A DNA stretch of 64,000 nucleotides from Leptonemataceae bacterium. Lineage in GTDB: Bacteria > Spirochaetota > Leptospiria > Leptospirales > Leptonemataceae. Shown here piece after piece: positions 10,693 to 20,677 of this stretch. The number at the start of each line of letters is the position of its first letter. Within the stretch, counting starts at the first letter, position 1. The stretch spans positions 224,001 through 288,000 of the forward strand of contig OZ245742.1 in the NCBI GenBank assembly GCA_965227295.1. The letters run 5' to 3'. The position numbers and the translations under genes are program-made. The notes below the pieces were generated by a model. The model was not told the origin of the DNA and did no database searches. It saw nothing but the letters and a program-made list of their open reading frames with translations.

Positions 10693-12258
10693 ATGCGCCG
10701 CGCCACATCTCGTTCAGCGCTCCTTGCGCCCGCGCCGGTTTCCGGATCGCTCCTCATCCCTGCTCTCGTAGCGCTCTTCGCGGCGCTGCCCCTGGGCCCG
10801 ACCGACCTGCGCGCGGACGTCATCGGCGATCGCGAGCTGGGAACACTCCAACCGGGCCCGGCCGGCAATACGGCCTATCGCAGTTCCGGCCTGGACCCGG
10901 AGTATCCGCAGGGCACTCTCACGGTTCAGCTCAGCGAACAACCGAATCAGGTGTTCCGTCTGCTCGTCGAAGGAACAGGCCCCCGGCAGTCGGACCTGGG
11001 CCTCCGCGTGGGGGATCAAACGTTCGACCAGGACCTCCAGGGAGACTACCGCCGGGAAAGCGTGCTGCTCCAGGGCGGGCGCACGCACACGGTCCAGATC
11101 TTTCAAATCAACCAGTCACCGGCCGACATCAAGCTTCGCATGCGCCTCGAACGCCTGGAGCCGCAAGGCCTCGTTCGGGATCAGCCGCGTGGCGCGAGCG
11201 TGGACGCGCAGCAACCTTCGGCCTTCTTCGTATTTGATCATCCGGCACCCGGACCGCTCACGCTGACTCTCGAAAGCGACGCGGAATCACGGACGGAGCT
11301 TACCGCTGTCCTCCTGCAGCCGGACGGGCACATCGTCCTCCGCGACGAGGACGAAGACCGCGATCCCCACAACGAAATCGTCCTCCTCCCCGAGGCCCCC
11401 GCCGGCCGCTACTACGTGGAAATCCGGCGCCGGGTCCTGTGGTCTCGTCGGCAGACTGGCCAGGCGGGCTTTCGCGTTTCCTACCACAACCGCCTGTTAG
11501 AAGTGGAGAGCAATCTTCGCGTGGCGGAAATGGAAGGACAGGAGCCGACGGAAGACCCAGGCGAGGCCGACGAGGAGTCCGGCCATTTGCGATCCATTGC
11601 CCATGTCGTACCGGGGGAGGACTTCCTGCCCGGCCGCAAGATTCAAGGCCGTCTCGACCGGCGCAATCCGCGCACGTTTCACCGCGTGAACGTGGAGGCG
11701 GAACGCCCGCTGCTCATTGATGTGAGGGCGGAATTGGGCGACCTCATGTTGATTGTGCGCGGGCCGTTTGAGTACCGCGCGGACTTCGACGCCGGCAAGG
11801 AACCGGGCCGGGAAATCGTAGTCCTGCCGTTTGCCGGGGAGTATCAAATCCTGGTGCAGTCCTCGGACCCCGAGGAAGATCGCACCATTCCGTACACCGT
11901 TCGGACGGCCGTGCTCAATCCGCGGGAACTCAAGGCCGGCCAGAGCGAAGAACAGAACATCGGCCTGCACGAGCCCGGCCTGTATCGCTTCACGGTGGGC
12001 TACAACTTCCCGGTGCTTGTCAACGTCCGCGGCCGCAAACCCGCGGATCTCTTTCTAACGATCTTCGCACGCAAGAGCGACGGCAGCATCGAAGTCCGCA
12101 ACCAGGACGCCGACGAAAACGGCCGAACCGGCGATGAACTGGTGCGCATCACATCGTCCGGCGAATTTTACATTATGGTCCGCCAGGGTTCCGGTCGACT
12201 GCGAAACATCTCGTTCGAGATCCAGCTCGATGAGAACCCCGTGCTCTCCGCGCCTTGA
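10693..12258 (+). CDS. Secreted protein with repeated PPC-like beta-sandwich domains
   Basis: Signal-like hydrophobic segment; about 4 repeats ending in G.Y.I/V.V motifs (AGRYYVEI, AGEYQILV, SGEFYIMV). Start uncertain. Confidence 0.6.
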   Translation: MRRATSRSALLAPAPVSGSLLIPALVALFAALPLGPTDLRADVIGDRELGTLQPGPAGNTAYRSSGLDPEYPQGTLTVQLSEQPNQVFRLLVEGTGPRQSDLGLRVGDQTFDQDLQGDYRRESVLLQGGRTHTVQIFQINQSPADIKLRMRLERLEPQGLVRDQPRGASVDAQQPSAFFVFDHPAPGPLTLTLESDAESRTELTAVLLQPDGHIVLRDEDEDRDPHNEIVLLPEAPAGRYYVEIRRRVLWSRRQTGQAGFRVSYHNRLLEVESNLRVAEMEGQEPTEDPGEADEESGHLRSIAHVVPGEDFLPGRKIQGRLDRRNPRTFHRVNVEAERPLLIDVRAELGDLMLIVRGPFEYRADFDAGKEPGREIVVLPFAGEYQILVQSSDPEEDRTIPYTVRTAVLNPRELKAGQSEEQNIGLHEPGLYRFTVGYNFPVLVNVRGRKPADLFLTIFARKSDGSIEVRNQDADENGRTGDELVRITSSGEFYIMVRQGSGRLRNISFEIQLDENPVLSAP

Positions 12259-12264
12259 ATTTTG

Positions 12265-12388
12265 ACTCCGAGGTCCCGAGAGGCAAGATGAAATTTTCAT
12301 CATGCTGAACTTCGCGCTCATCGCCGAACGCCGTTCTACGGAAGCAGGCCCTCCCCGTCTTTCTCCTCGGTATCTCGGTCCTCGGAGT
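12265..12388. repeat. Intergenic element with terminal inverted repeats (family A)
   Basis: Begins ACTCCGAGGTCCCGAG and ends CTCGGTCCTCGGAGT; the same ends recur at 17113 and 62292. Confidence 0.75.
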
Positions 12389-12487
12389 CATTCCCCGATT
12401 ATGTCCCCGGTTTAGCCGATATTCCTCGATCCTTAGAAAAAAACTATTGCGACGTGGGGAAAGAGTGCATAAATCTGGCGCAGCGAC

Positions 12488-14410
12488 ATGACGGCCTCCT
12501 CTAATACACCGGCGAAATCATCCCTGCGTTTTTCGTTCGCATTTAAACTGGCCCTTGCCTTCGCGCTCCTCGTTACCATCGCAACCGGCGGTAGTATGAT
12601 CTGGGTCTACCAGCAGACTCGCTCGCTCGTCATCGAGCAGATGCGCAACCGCCTCAAAGACATCGGTCGAACGGGCACGTTCCTCTTCGAACAACAACAT
12701 CGTCAGGATCTGCGCAAGCTCCTGGACATCGTTCACGAGAACATGGAGTTCTCGAATACGCCGGAACAGGCGGCAATCCTGGCCGACGAAGAACAGGGCA
12801 CCTACGAATCCCTGCCGCCGGAGTTATCTTCGAAAGTTATGGAGAGCCCGGAGTTCCAGCGCGTCGTTACGGCACTACGGCAAATCCGCGAAGGCTCACG
12901 CTGGCACGTCCGCCCGCTCTACGACATCCCGGCCCTGGACATCATCCGCGCCGAACAGGAAGATCTGCCGAAAGACGAGCAGGACTTTCCGACTCTGGAG
13001 TACATCTATCTCCTCGCCGAAGTACCCGGCTATCCGAAAGAGCAGTACATCATGTATCTTGCCGATTCGGACTACCTGCCCGTGGACGCCGACGGCGACG
13101 GCGCGTACGACGGCGACGACGACTACGAAGGCAATCCCATCGCGAACCTGACGCCGCCGCTCACGGAAGAAATGCACATGGGTTTCTCCGGCGAGGCCGT
13201 CTCCGAGAAAACGTTTACCGAGGACCAGTGGGGTGACGTCGTCATCTCCGGTTACGTTCCGATCCTGGACGCTCAGGGCAACGTGCTTGCAGTCCTCGGT
13301 ATGGACTATAACGCGAAGAGTGACGCCAACCGCATCAGCGATCTGCTGCAGTTCTCCATCGCCACGACGGTGGTGGTGTTCATCCTGGCCATCGGCATGT
13401 CGATCCTCATGGCGCGGCTCTTAACTCGTCCTATTAAGAAGTTACAGGAAGGCGCCGAACGCGTGGGCGACCGGGACTTCAGTACCCAGGTAGACGTGCG
13501 GTCTCGAGACGAGCTCGGCGTGCTCGCGAAGTCGTTCAACTCCATGGTAACCGAGATCCGCGAGTACGCGAACAACCTGGAAGAACTAAACGCCGCCTAC
13601 GAACGTTTCGTGCCGCAGGAGTTTCTGCGGCAAATGGGCCAGAACAACATCATCGATGTAAAACTCGGCGATCAGGTCATGCGCGAGATGACCATTCTCT
13701 TTTCGGACATCCGTTCGTTTACAACGCTCTCGGAAACGATGACGCCGAAGGAAAACTTCGACTTCCTGAACGCCTATCTACAACGGGTATCCCCGCTCAT
13801 CCGGACACACCAGGGTTTCATCGATAAATTCATCGGCGACGCCATCATGGCGCTGTTTCCGGAGAATGTGAGGAACGCCGTGGACGGCGCCATCGACATG
13901 CAGGCGGAACTCCGCTCGTTCAACGATGCGCATCCCGACGCCCCGCCCATTCGCATCGGCATCGGGCTGCACACGGGCAACCTCATGCTCGGTACCATCG
14001 GCGAAGAACGGCGCATGGAAAGCACGGTGATTTCGGACGCGGTGAACACGGCCTCCCGCCTGGAGGGCCTCACCAAAAGCTTCGGCGCGAACATCCTGAT
14101 CAGCGAGTACTCCATCAACATGATGCACCAGGAGAATCACAGTTTCTCCTCTCGCTACCTGGGCAAGGTGCGGGTCAAAGGCAAACGCGCCTCGGTGAAC
14201 GTCTTCGAAATCCTGAACGCCGACGCCCCGGACCTCATGGACCGCAAGCTGAAGACCAAAGAACGCTTCGAAGAAGCCATTGCCCTGTTCCAGCAGGGCA
14301 AGTTCGGCGACGCGGCGCGGATCTTCCGCGAAGTGATCGACGCCAACGAACTGGACTCCGCCGCCCGGGCTTATGTCGACCGCTGCGAACGGATCTCCAC
14401 CGATCTCTAA
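12488..14410 (+). CDS. Membrane class III adenylate/guanylate cyclase with HAMP domain
   Basis: 2 TM helices, HAMP (RSRDELGVLAKSFNSM), RFVP, ILFSDIRSFT, DKFIGDAIMA, GIGLHTG, DAVNTASRLE, VKGK. Confidence 0.95.
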   Translation: MTASSNTPAKSSLRFSFAFKLALAFALLVTIATGGSMIWVYQQTRSLVIEQMRNRLKDIGRTGTFLFEQQHRQDLRKLLDIVHENMEFSNTPEQAAILADEEQGTYESLPPELSSKVMESPEFQRVVTALRQIREGSRWHVRPLYDIPALDIIRAEQEDLPKDEQDFPTLEYIYLLAEVPGYPKEQYIMYLADSDYLPVDADGDGAYDGDDDYEGNPIANLTPPLTEEMHMGFSGEAVSEKTFTEDQWGDVVISGYVPILDAQGNVLAVLGMDYNAKSDANRISDLLQFSIATTVVVFILAIGMSILMARLLTRPIKKLQEGAERVGDRDFSTQVDVRSRDELGVLAKSFNSMVTEIREYANNLEELNAAYERFVPQEFLRQMGQNNIIDVKLGDQVMREMTILFSDIRSFTTLSETMTPKENFDFLNAYLQRVSPLIRTHQGFIDKFIGDAIMALFPENVRNAVDGAIDMQAELRSFNDAHPDAPPIRIGIGLHTGNLMLGTIGEERRMESTVISDAVNTASRLEGLTKSFGANILISEYSINMMHQENHSFSSRYLGKVRVKGKRASVNVFEILNADAPDLMDRKLKTKERFEEAIALFQQGKFGDAARIFREVIDANELDSAARAYVDRCERISTDL

Positions 14411-14550
14411 GTTCGCTTCAGTTGAATCTAATAAGTCGGCCCGGAGCTAACACGGTGTCGGCGGCTTACGTCACGTAAGTGATTTTCCTCTGTCATCCCG
14501 TGCGTTCCTCTTTGTGGTTGACCCGCCTCTCTCCGGCAAGAAGCTGGAGC

Positions 14551-15228
14551 ATGCCCTCATCCTCACGACGGATTGCCGCGTTTTACGATGTGGACGGGAC
14601 CCTGGTCGACTCGAACATCGTCTACGCCTATCTCTACTACGCCCTGCGCCTGCCGAAGATCTCGGATCGCCTGAAGCGCATCTCCCGGGCCGCGCTGCTC
14701 TCGCCGGTGTACATCGCCGCGGAGCTGTTCAATCGCTCGGCCTTTAACAGGTTATTTTACGCGAACTACAAGGGCCTGCCCTTCGAACGCCTGCGGCTCA
14801 TGGGTCGCGAGGTGGCCGAAAAGGCTTTTATTCCGCATCTCTATGCCGACGCCCGGAGTCGCATTCGCACGGCAAAGGAACAGGGCATCGTGCAGGTGAT
14901 CGTCTCCGGCGCTCTGGATTTGGTGATGGAGCCCTTCGCCGCGGAGCTGGGCATCGACCACGTCATCGCCAACCGCCTGGAGTTTCAGGACAACGTCGCG
15001 ACGGGGCGGTTGCTGCCGCCGGTCCTGGCCGGCGAAGAAAAACGCAAGGCGGTCCAGACCTTCGCGCGGGAAAACGACATTGATCTTTCGCTCTCGTACG
15101 CCTTCGGCGATTCAAAAGCGGACCTGGGCATGCTTGAGTCGGTGGGTTTTCCGTGCGTGGTGAACCCGGGCAAGAACCTGGAAAGCATCGCCGCCGAACG
15201 CGGCTGGACGGCGTTGGCTTTTTCGTGA
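14551..15228 (+). CDS. HAD-IB (SerB-like) hydrolase; ElbB-like
   Basis: FYDVDGT, IVSG, K, AFGDSKADLGML, VNP motifs; GGAG SD before ATG 14551. Confidence 0.9.
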   Translation: MPSSSRRIAAFYDVDGTLVDSNIVYAYLYYALRLPKISDRLKRISRAALLSPVYIAAELFNRSAFNRLFYANYKGLPFERLRLMGREVAEKAFIPHLYADARSRIRTAKEQGIVQVIVSGALDLVMEPFAAELGIDHVIANRLEFQDNVATGRLLPPVLAGEEKRKAVQTFARENDIDLSLSYAFGDSKADLGMLESVGFPCVVNPGKNLESIAAERGWTALAFS

Positions 15229-15238
15229 AGGGGATGCG

Positions 15239-15377
15239 ACTCCGAGGAACGAGGGAACGTGGGAACGTGGGAACGTGGGAACGTGGGAACGAGAATAGAA
15301 AGAAGGCACTCATAACGAACAGCCACCAGGATACGATAGCTCTCCGAAAAATCCTCGGTGCCTCGGCGCCTCGGTGT
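15239..15377. repeat. Family A element variant containing an 8-bp tandem repeat
   Basis: ACTCCGAGG left end; (GGGAACGT)x4 plus GGGAACGA at 15253-15292; right end CCTCGGTGCCTCGGCGCCTCGGTG. Confidence 0.75.
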
Positions 15378-15389
15378 TGAAAATCTTTT

Positions 15390-17099
15390 ATGGCAGAAAC
15401 GCAAGATACAGTTCCCGACATTGAACAGGACCCCACGCAGCACGTCGCGGAGATCCAGACGCGCATCACCGATCACTTCGATCGCGCGCGCTCGTACACC
15501 CCCGGCGACGGTGAGGAAGATCCGGAGGTCGTGTACATCGACGAGACGTCGGCGAAGCGCGTCGTCTGGTCCGGTGAGGATTTGATCGAACTCGATCTCC
15601 CCGTGGGTACGCGCGTTGTGTACTCCAAAGAACCCATGCGCGGGTTGCGCGACGTGCGCGGCGCCATTCGTTACGCGCTCAAACATCCGGAAAAGATGCA
15701 ACCGCTCCCGCAGTTGCTCAAGGCCGGCATGAAAGTTACGATCTGCGTGGACGACATTTCGCTGCCGCTGCCCATGATGGCGAAACCCGATCTGCGGCAA
15801 CTCATGCTCGAAGAAGTACTGAGCATGCTCGCCGACGCCGGGGTGGACGACTTTCACATCATCGTGGCCACGGCCTTTCATCGTCGCATGACGCCCGGCG
15901 AAATCCGCCGCATGGTGGGCAACGACATCTACGAGAAGTACCACCCGCAGCGGCTCTACAATCACGACGCCGAAAAACCCGGCGGCATGAAATGGATGGG
16001 ACATACCGAATCCGGCGAAGCGGTGATGATCAACCGTCGCGCGGCGGAGAGCGATCTCATCGTCTACGTAAACATCAACTACGTTCCCATGAACGGCGGA
16101 CACAAGTCCGTGGGCACCGGCCTGGCCGGTTATCATACGCTGCGCGAGCACCACGACCCCGAGGTCATCGCGGCGTCGAATTCGTATATGGATCCCGGCA
16201 AGTCGGCCCTGGCCGACGCGAACCGGCGCATCGGTAACTTACTCGAAGACAAACTTAAGATCTTCCACATCGAGTCGGCGCTGAACAACCGCACCTTCGC
16301 GCCGCCGCTGGAATTTCTGTCCCGCAACGAGGACAGCTATTCCTTGCTGGACCGGCAAATCCTGCGCGCCACCCAGGCCACGTTGAAACGTCTGCCGCCG
16401 CCCGCGAAACGCCGCATTTTCCGCCAGGTGCCGGCCCCCTACGAGTGCATCGCCGTGCACGCCGGCGAGGTCGACCGCGTGCACGATAAGATTCTGCGCA
16501 TCTCCCGCAAACAGTACACCATCAACGTCAAGGGCCAGGCGGACATTCTGCTGCTCGGCATTCCGTTTACGTCGCCGTACAGCGTAAACAGCATTCTGAA
16601 CCCGCTGCTCGTCCAGGTGATGGCCCTCGGTTATCTGTATCATCTCTACGAAGGCGGCGTTCCCCTCCTGCGCGACGGCGGCAGTTTGATCTTGTTTCAC
16701 CCGTGCCGCGACGAGTTCGATCCGCGCTTTCATCCGAGCTACATCGAGTTCTTTAATCGGCTGCTGCCCGAGAGCACGGACTCCCGCTACTTACAAAAGA
16801 AGTACGAGGTGGAGTTCGCGAAGAACCCGGAGTACATCGAGTTGTACCGTCACGGCTACGGCTATCACGGCGTACATCCGTTTTACATGTGGTACTGGGG
16901 CGAGAGCGGTCGGCGAAAGGTCGGCCAGGTGATTGCCGTGGGCGCCGAGCACCCGCACGTCCCGGAACGCATGGGCTGGGAGAACGCCGCGTCCTTCGAA
17001 GAGGCGTTAGCGATGGCGAAGTCCGCAGAGGGCATGCCGGCAAAGCCGCAAATCACGCTGCTGAAACAGCCGCCCATCGCGATTACGAAGTTGATATAA
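15390..17099 (+). CDS. LarA/DUF2088 lactate-racemase-superfamily protein; ElbC-like
   Basis: VTICVDDIS.P, ATAFHRRMT, YNHDA, INRRAAESDL, GGHKS motifs typical of the LarA N-terminal domain. Confidence 0.8.
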   Translation: MAETQDTVPDIEQDPTQHVAEIQTRITDHFDRARSYTPGDGEEDPEVVYIDETSAKRVVWSGEDLIELDLPVGTRVVYSKEPMRGLRDVRGAIRYALKHPEKMQPLPQLLKAGMKVTICVDDISLPLPMMAKPDLRQLMLEEVLSMLADAGVDDFHIIVATAFHRRMTPGEIRRMVGNDIYEKYHPQRLYNHDAEKPGGMKWMGHTESGEAVMINRRAAESDLIVYVNINYVPMNGGHKSVGTGLAGYHTLREHHDPEVIAASNSYMDPGKSALADANRRIGNLLEDKLKIFHIESALNNRTFAPPLEFLSRNEDSYSLLDRQILRATQATLKRLPPPAKRRIFRQVPAPYECIAVHAGEVDRVHDKILRISRKQYTINVKGQADILLLGIPFTSPYSVNSILNPLLVQVMALGYLYHLYEGGVPLLRDGGSLILFHPCRDEFDPRFHPSYIEFFNRLLPESTDSRYLQKKYEVEFAKNPEYIELYRHGYGYHGVHPFYMWYWGESGRRKVGQVIAVGAEHPHVPERMGWENAASFEEALAMAKSAEGMPAKPQITLLKQPPIAITKLI

Positions 17100-17112
17100 C
17101 GAAGAAATTTTC

Positions 17113-17242
17113 ACTCCGAGGACCGAGGATACGAGGGAAAAGAAAGAAGAAGAGTAAAAGCAAAAACGAAGACATTCATAGCCGAAAACGACTAACACAC
17201 ACTGTCCCTCGCAAAAAACCTCGGTCTCTCGGTCCTCGGAGT
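17113..17242. repeat. Intergenic element with terminal inverted repeats (family A)
   Basis: ACTCCGAGGACCGAG ... CTCGGTCCTCGGAGT with an A-rich interior. Confidence 0.8.
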
Positions 17243-17267
17243 TCATCTTCCTCTCCAGAGCAATACT

Positions 17268-20261
17268 ATGGCGAAATCAAAGAAAACCTCATCAAAATCC
17301 AGAACGAAGTCCGTCGAAGACATGTCGGTCGAAGAACTGCGGGCCGCCCTCGCCGAACGCGAGCAGGCGTCCCGCGGCAACGGCACTGCAGCAACGTCCG
17401 TTAGCCGTTCTTCACAAAGTTCTACGCAGGAACTCTTTAGCGTAATCCACACGCTCCACGGCAAAAAGATCTTCATGATCGGCGGCACCGGCTTTCTCGG
17501 CCGGGTGATGCTTTACATGTTCCTGAAATACGTGCCGGGCATTGAGCGCATCTATCTGTTGATTCGCCCCACCCACGGCCGCACCGGCGATGATCGCCTT
17601 ATGCGGGAAATTCTGGAATCGCCGGTGTTCACCGAGGCCGGTGCCGGCAGCGACGAGGAGGCCCGCTTTTTTCGCGAGCAGGCCCGGGCAAAGATCACCG
17701 TCGTCGAAGGCGACGCCTCCCGCCCCGGCCTGGGGCTGAGTGAGGAAGACGCGGCAATGGTTTGTCGCGAAGCGGACGCCGTTTTTAATACCGCGGGCAA
17801 CGTGGAGTTTAACCCGCCGCTGGATCTTTCGCTGAACGCAAACGCCATTGCCACGAAAGAAGTCCTGGACTTCACCGAAACCACGCAGTGCAAGAAGTAC
17901 CTCCACGTGTCCACGTGTTACGTCGCCGACCGCGCGCTGCATCCGGACTTCGCCCCGGAAGAAATCGTGCTGGATCGCGTCGTCGGATCGTCGGGTAACG
18001 AGGTGCGCATAGATGTCGAACAAGAACTCCAGGATGCCCGCGACGTTGTGGCTCGTACGAAGCAACGCTACGACGATCCGGACAGCCTGAACGAGTACCG
18101 CGACAACGCCCGCCGGGAACTGCGGCGCATGGGTCGCGAGGACGTTTCCGATCGTCTCATCGAAAAGACCGCGAAGAATTTACGCACGCTGGCCATGCGC
18201 GAAGAACTGGTGCGCATCGGTCGCGAGCGCGCCGAACGTTTGAATCGTCCGAACGTGTACACGTATACGAAGACCCTGGCCGAACTGCTCGTGAAGTCCC
18301 GGGAGGATAAGATCGAGTACACCATCGTACGGCCGTCTATCGTGGAGACGTCGCTCAAACATCCGTTTCCCGGCTGGAACGAGGGCATCCAGGGCTCGGC
18401 ACCGTTGATCTACATGGTATATCGCGGCCACCGCATGCTGCCGTCGTTCTCGGACGAGCCGGGCGAGCGCCGGGAGGCGACGCTGGACATCATCCCCGTA
18501 GACCTGGTCGCCGCCGGTTCCACCCTGGCGTTGTGCGCCCTGCTCCGCGGCGAGCAGAAAGACGTCTACCAGCTCGCCGCCGGTCCCATCGACACGCCGA
18601 TCACCCCGAACGTTCTACTAAATATAGTTCAACATAACTTAAGAAACCGCTCGAACGAGTCCGAAATTTTCGCCGGCCTGGGCGGATGGCTGCGACGTAA
18701 CCTCCAGGCGTACCCGGTTACGAAGAAGACGTTCCGGCGCTTCAGCTCTCCGCGAACGTTACAGGTCCTCACGAACTTCCGCGATCGCCTGGAACGTTTT
18801 CGCAGCAAACGTAACCTGCCCGGCCCGGGCTCGGACATTCTTCAGAAAGTGCAAACCACGGTGGAACGTTTCTACCAGCTCTCGTACATGAAGAACCGCA
18901 TCTTCTCGGAGTTTCTGCCGTTCATGAATCACGGCTATCCGGTCTTCCAGAACCGCAACGGCATTGATCTCTACAAGCGCTTGCCGGAGAACGAACGCGA
19001 CCTGTTCTACTTCGATCCGCCGGACATCGACTTCATCGATTACATGGAAGGGCTGCACATGGAAGCGGTCTTCCAGTGGGTGTTTCCGGTATTGGATAAA
19101 CGTTTCAAGGCCATCACGAGCATCGGCAAAGACGCCGGGAAAAACAAGGACGACGGGGACGCCCGCACGTTGCTGGACGCCATGCGGGCCGCACTAACTG
19201 CTGACGATCTGGAATTTACGGATCGCCTGCACCTGCTCCGGCGCACCATGCGGGATCGGCGTCGCGCCCGGGGCGAGTCCGCGAAAAAGAGCGACGCCGG
19301 CATCGAAAACACACCGGCGGAAAAGGATCCCGGCAGCGCCGTAAGCTGGCTCGAAAGTCACCTGCAAAAACTGGCGGGGCGAACCGACATCATCAAAAAT
19401 CTAAAAGACGAGTCCGATGATTACCTGGAACGCGTGAGCAAACACCTCGAGTTTTTGACCGGCACCAACGTAACGCCGGCTACGCTGAAGGACCTCGGCT
19501 CGGTGTCGAAGATCGCCCGCCACCTGGATCGTTATCGTGAAGACCAGGGCCGCACGGGCGGCGGTCGCTTTGAACTTCCGAAAGACGGCGTGGACGTGCC
19601 GCGCTGGCTTGCCGATCCCACGAGCGATTTTCTCTACGGCCTCCAAATGTGGTTTTACCGTAACGTAATGCAGGTGAAGATTACGGGGCAGGACAACGTA
19701 CCGCTCAACAATCACAACGTCATCGTCGTCGCGAATCACGCCTCGCACCTGGACTACGGCCTTGTGTGGTTCAGCCTGGGCGAGTACGCCCGGGACATGG
19801 GCATCCTGGCCGCCCGCGATTACTTCTTCGATCGTTTCTGGAAGTCCACGTTCTTCGGCAACTTTCTGAACCTGGTGCCCATCGAACGTTCGGACAATGC
19901 CAGTTATTCCCGCGCACTCAAACACGCGGTGAAGTATCTGGAAAAGGGCGGGCCGCTGTTGATTTTTCCGGAGGGCACACGCTCGAAGGACGGCCGCATG
20001 AAACCGTTCCGCCACGGCCTCGGCTGGCTGGTCCAACACACCGGCGCCGACGTCCTGCCCCTGCGTCTATACAACACGCACGTCGCGCTGCCCAAGGGCA
20101 AAACCGTCGTCCGCTCGACGGACCTCCGCGTACACATCGGCAAGCTGGTCTCCTACGATACCCTCGCCGAGGAAACGCAGGCGTATTCGCCGACGAAGAC
20201 GTACGCGCACATCGCGAAACGCCTGGAAGAAGCGGTCCGGGACATTCACGATCACGATTGA
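17268..20261 (+). CDS. Fatty acyl-CoA reductase (extended SDR) fused to a PlsC-type acyltransferase; ElbD-like without the adenylation domain
   Basis: GGTGFLG, HVSTCYV, YTYTK, VRPSIV, PFPGW, DIIPVD (FAR); NHASHLD, LIFPEGTRS (acyltransferase). Confidence 0.9.
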   Translation: MAKSKKTSSKSRTKSVEDMSVEELRAALAEREQASRGNGTAATSVSRSSQSSTQELFSVIHTLHGKKIFMIGGTGFLGRVMLYMFLKYVPGIERIYLLIRPTHGRTGDDRLMREILESPVFTEAGAGSDEEARFFREQARAKITVVEGDASRPGLGLSEEDAAMVCREADAVFNTAGNVEFNPPLDLSLNANAIATKEVLDFTETTQCKKYLHVSTCYVADRALHPDFAPEEIVLDRVVGSSGNEVRIDVEQELQDARDVVARTKQRYDDPDSLNEYRDNARRELRRMGREDVSDRLIEKTAKNLRTLAMREELVRIGRERAERLNRPNVYTYTKTLAELLVKSREDKIEYTIVRPSIVETSLKHPFPGWNEGIQGSAPLIYMVYRGHRMLPSFSDEPGERREATLDIIPVDLVAAGSTLALCALLRGEQKDVYQLAAGPIDTPITPNVLLNIVQHNLRNRSNESEIFAGLGGWLRRNLQAYPVTKKTFRRFSSPRTLQVLTNFRDRLERFRSKRNLPGPGSDILQKVQTTVERFYQLSYMKNRIFSEFLPFMNHGYPVFQNRNGIDLYKRLPENERDLFYFDPPDIDFIDYMEGLHMEAVFQWVFPVLDKRFKAITSIGKDAGKNKDDGDARTLLDAMRAALTADDLEFTDRLHLLRRTMRDRRRARGESAKKSDAGIENTPAEKDPGSAVSWLESHLQKLAGRTDIIKNLKDESDDYLERVSKHLEFLTGTNVTPATLKDLGSVSKIARHLDRYREDQGRTGGGRFELPKDGVDVPRWLADPTSDFLYGLQMWFYRNVMQVKITGQDNVPLNNHNVIVVANHASHLDYGLVWFSLGEYARDMGILAARDYFFDRFWKSTFFGNFLNLVPIERSDNASYSRALKHAVKYLEKGGPLLIFPEGTRSKDGRMKPFRHGLGWLVQHTGADVLPLRLYNTHVALPKGKTVVRSTDLRVHIGKLVSYDTLAEETQAYSPTKTYAHIAKRLEEAVRDIHDHD

Positions 20262-20296
20262 CCGCGAGCGCGGTCCTGCTATGAAAGGTTCGCATC

Positions 20297-20677
20297 ATGA
20301 GCATCAAAGCCCTGATTGCCGACGATGATCCCGATGCGATCGCCCTGCTCGGCACGCATCTTCAAAAGTTCGGCATCGACGTACACGCCACCGAGAACCC
20401 GCGCGAGGCGGTGGATTTTTACAAGAGCCTGGGGCCGGACGTGGTGTTCATGGATATCGGCATGCCGTTCCCGGGCGGCTTCATTGCCGTCGAAAACATC
20501 CGTCACGCCGCGCGCACGTTGAAACGCAAGGTCGTGATCATCATGTATACGGCGTCCAGCAAACCCGAGGACGTCAAGAAGGCACAGACCTTCGGCGCCG
20601 ACGACTATTTGCTCAAGCCCGTCACGGCGGACATGATCCGTGAAAAGCTGAGGCGTTTTTTCCCGAAGCTCGCTTAA
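20297..20677 (+). CDS. Single-domain response regulator (CheY-like)
   Basis: IADDD, FMDIGMP, MYTA, YLLKP. Confidence 0.9.
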   Translation: MSIKALIADDDPDAIALLGTHLQKFGIDVHATENPREAVDFYKSLGPDVVFMDIGMPFPGGFIAVENIRHAARTLKRKVVIIMYTASSKPEDVKKAQTFGADDYLLKPVTADMIREKLRRFFPKLA

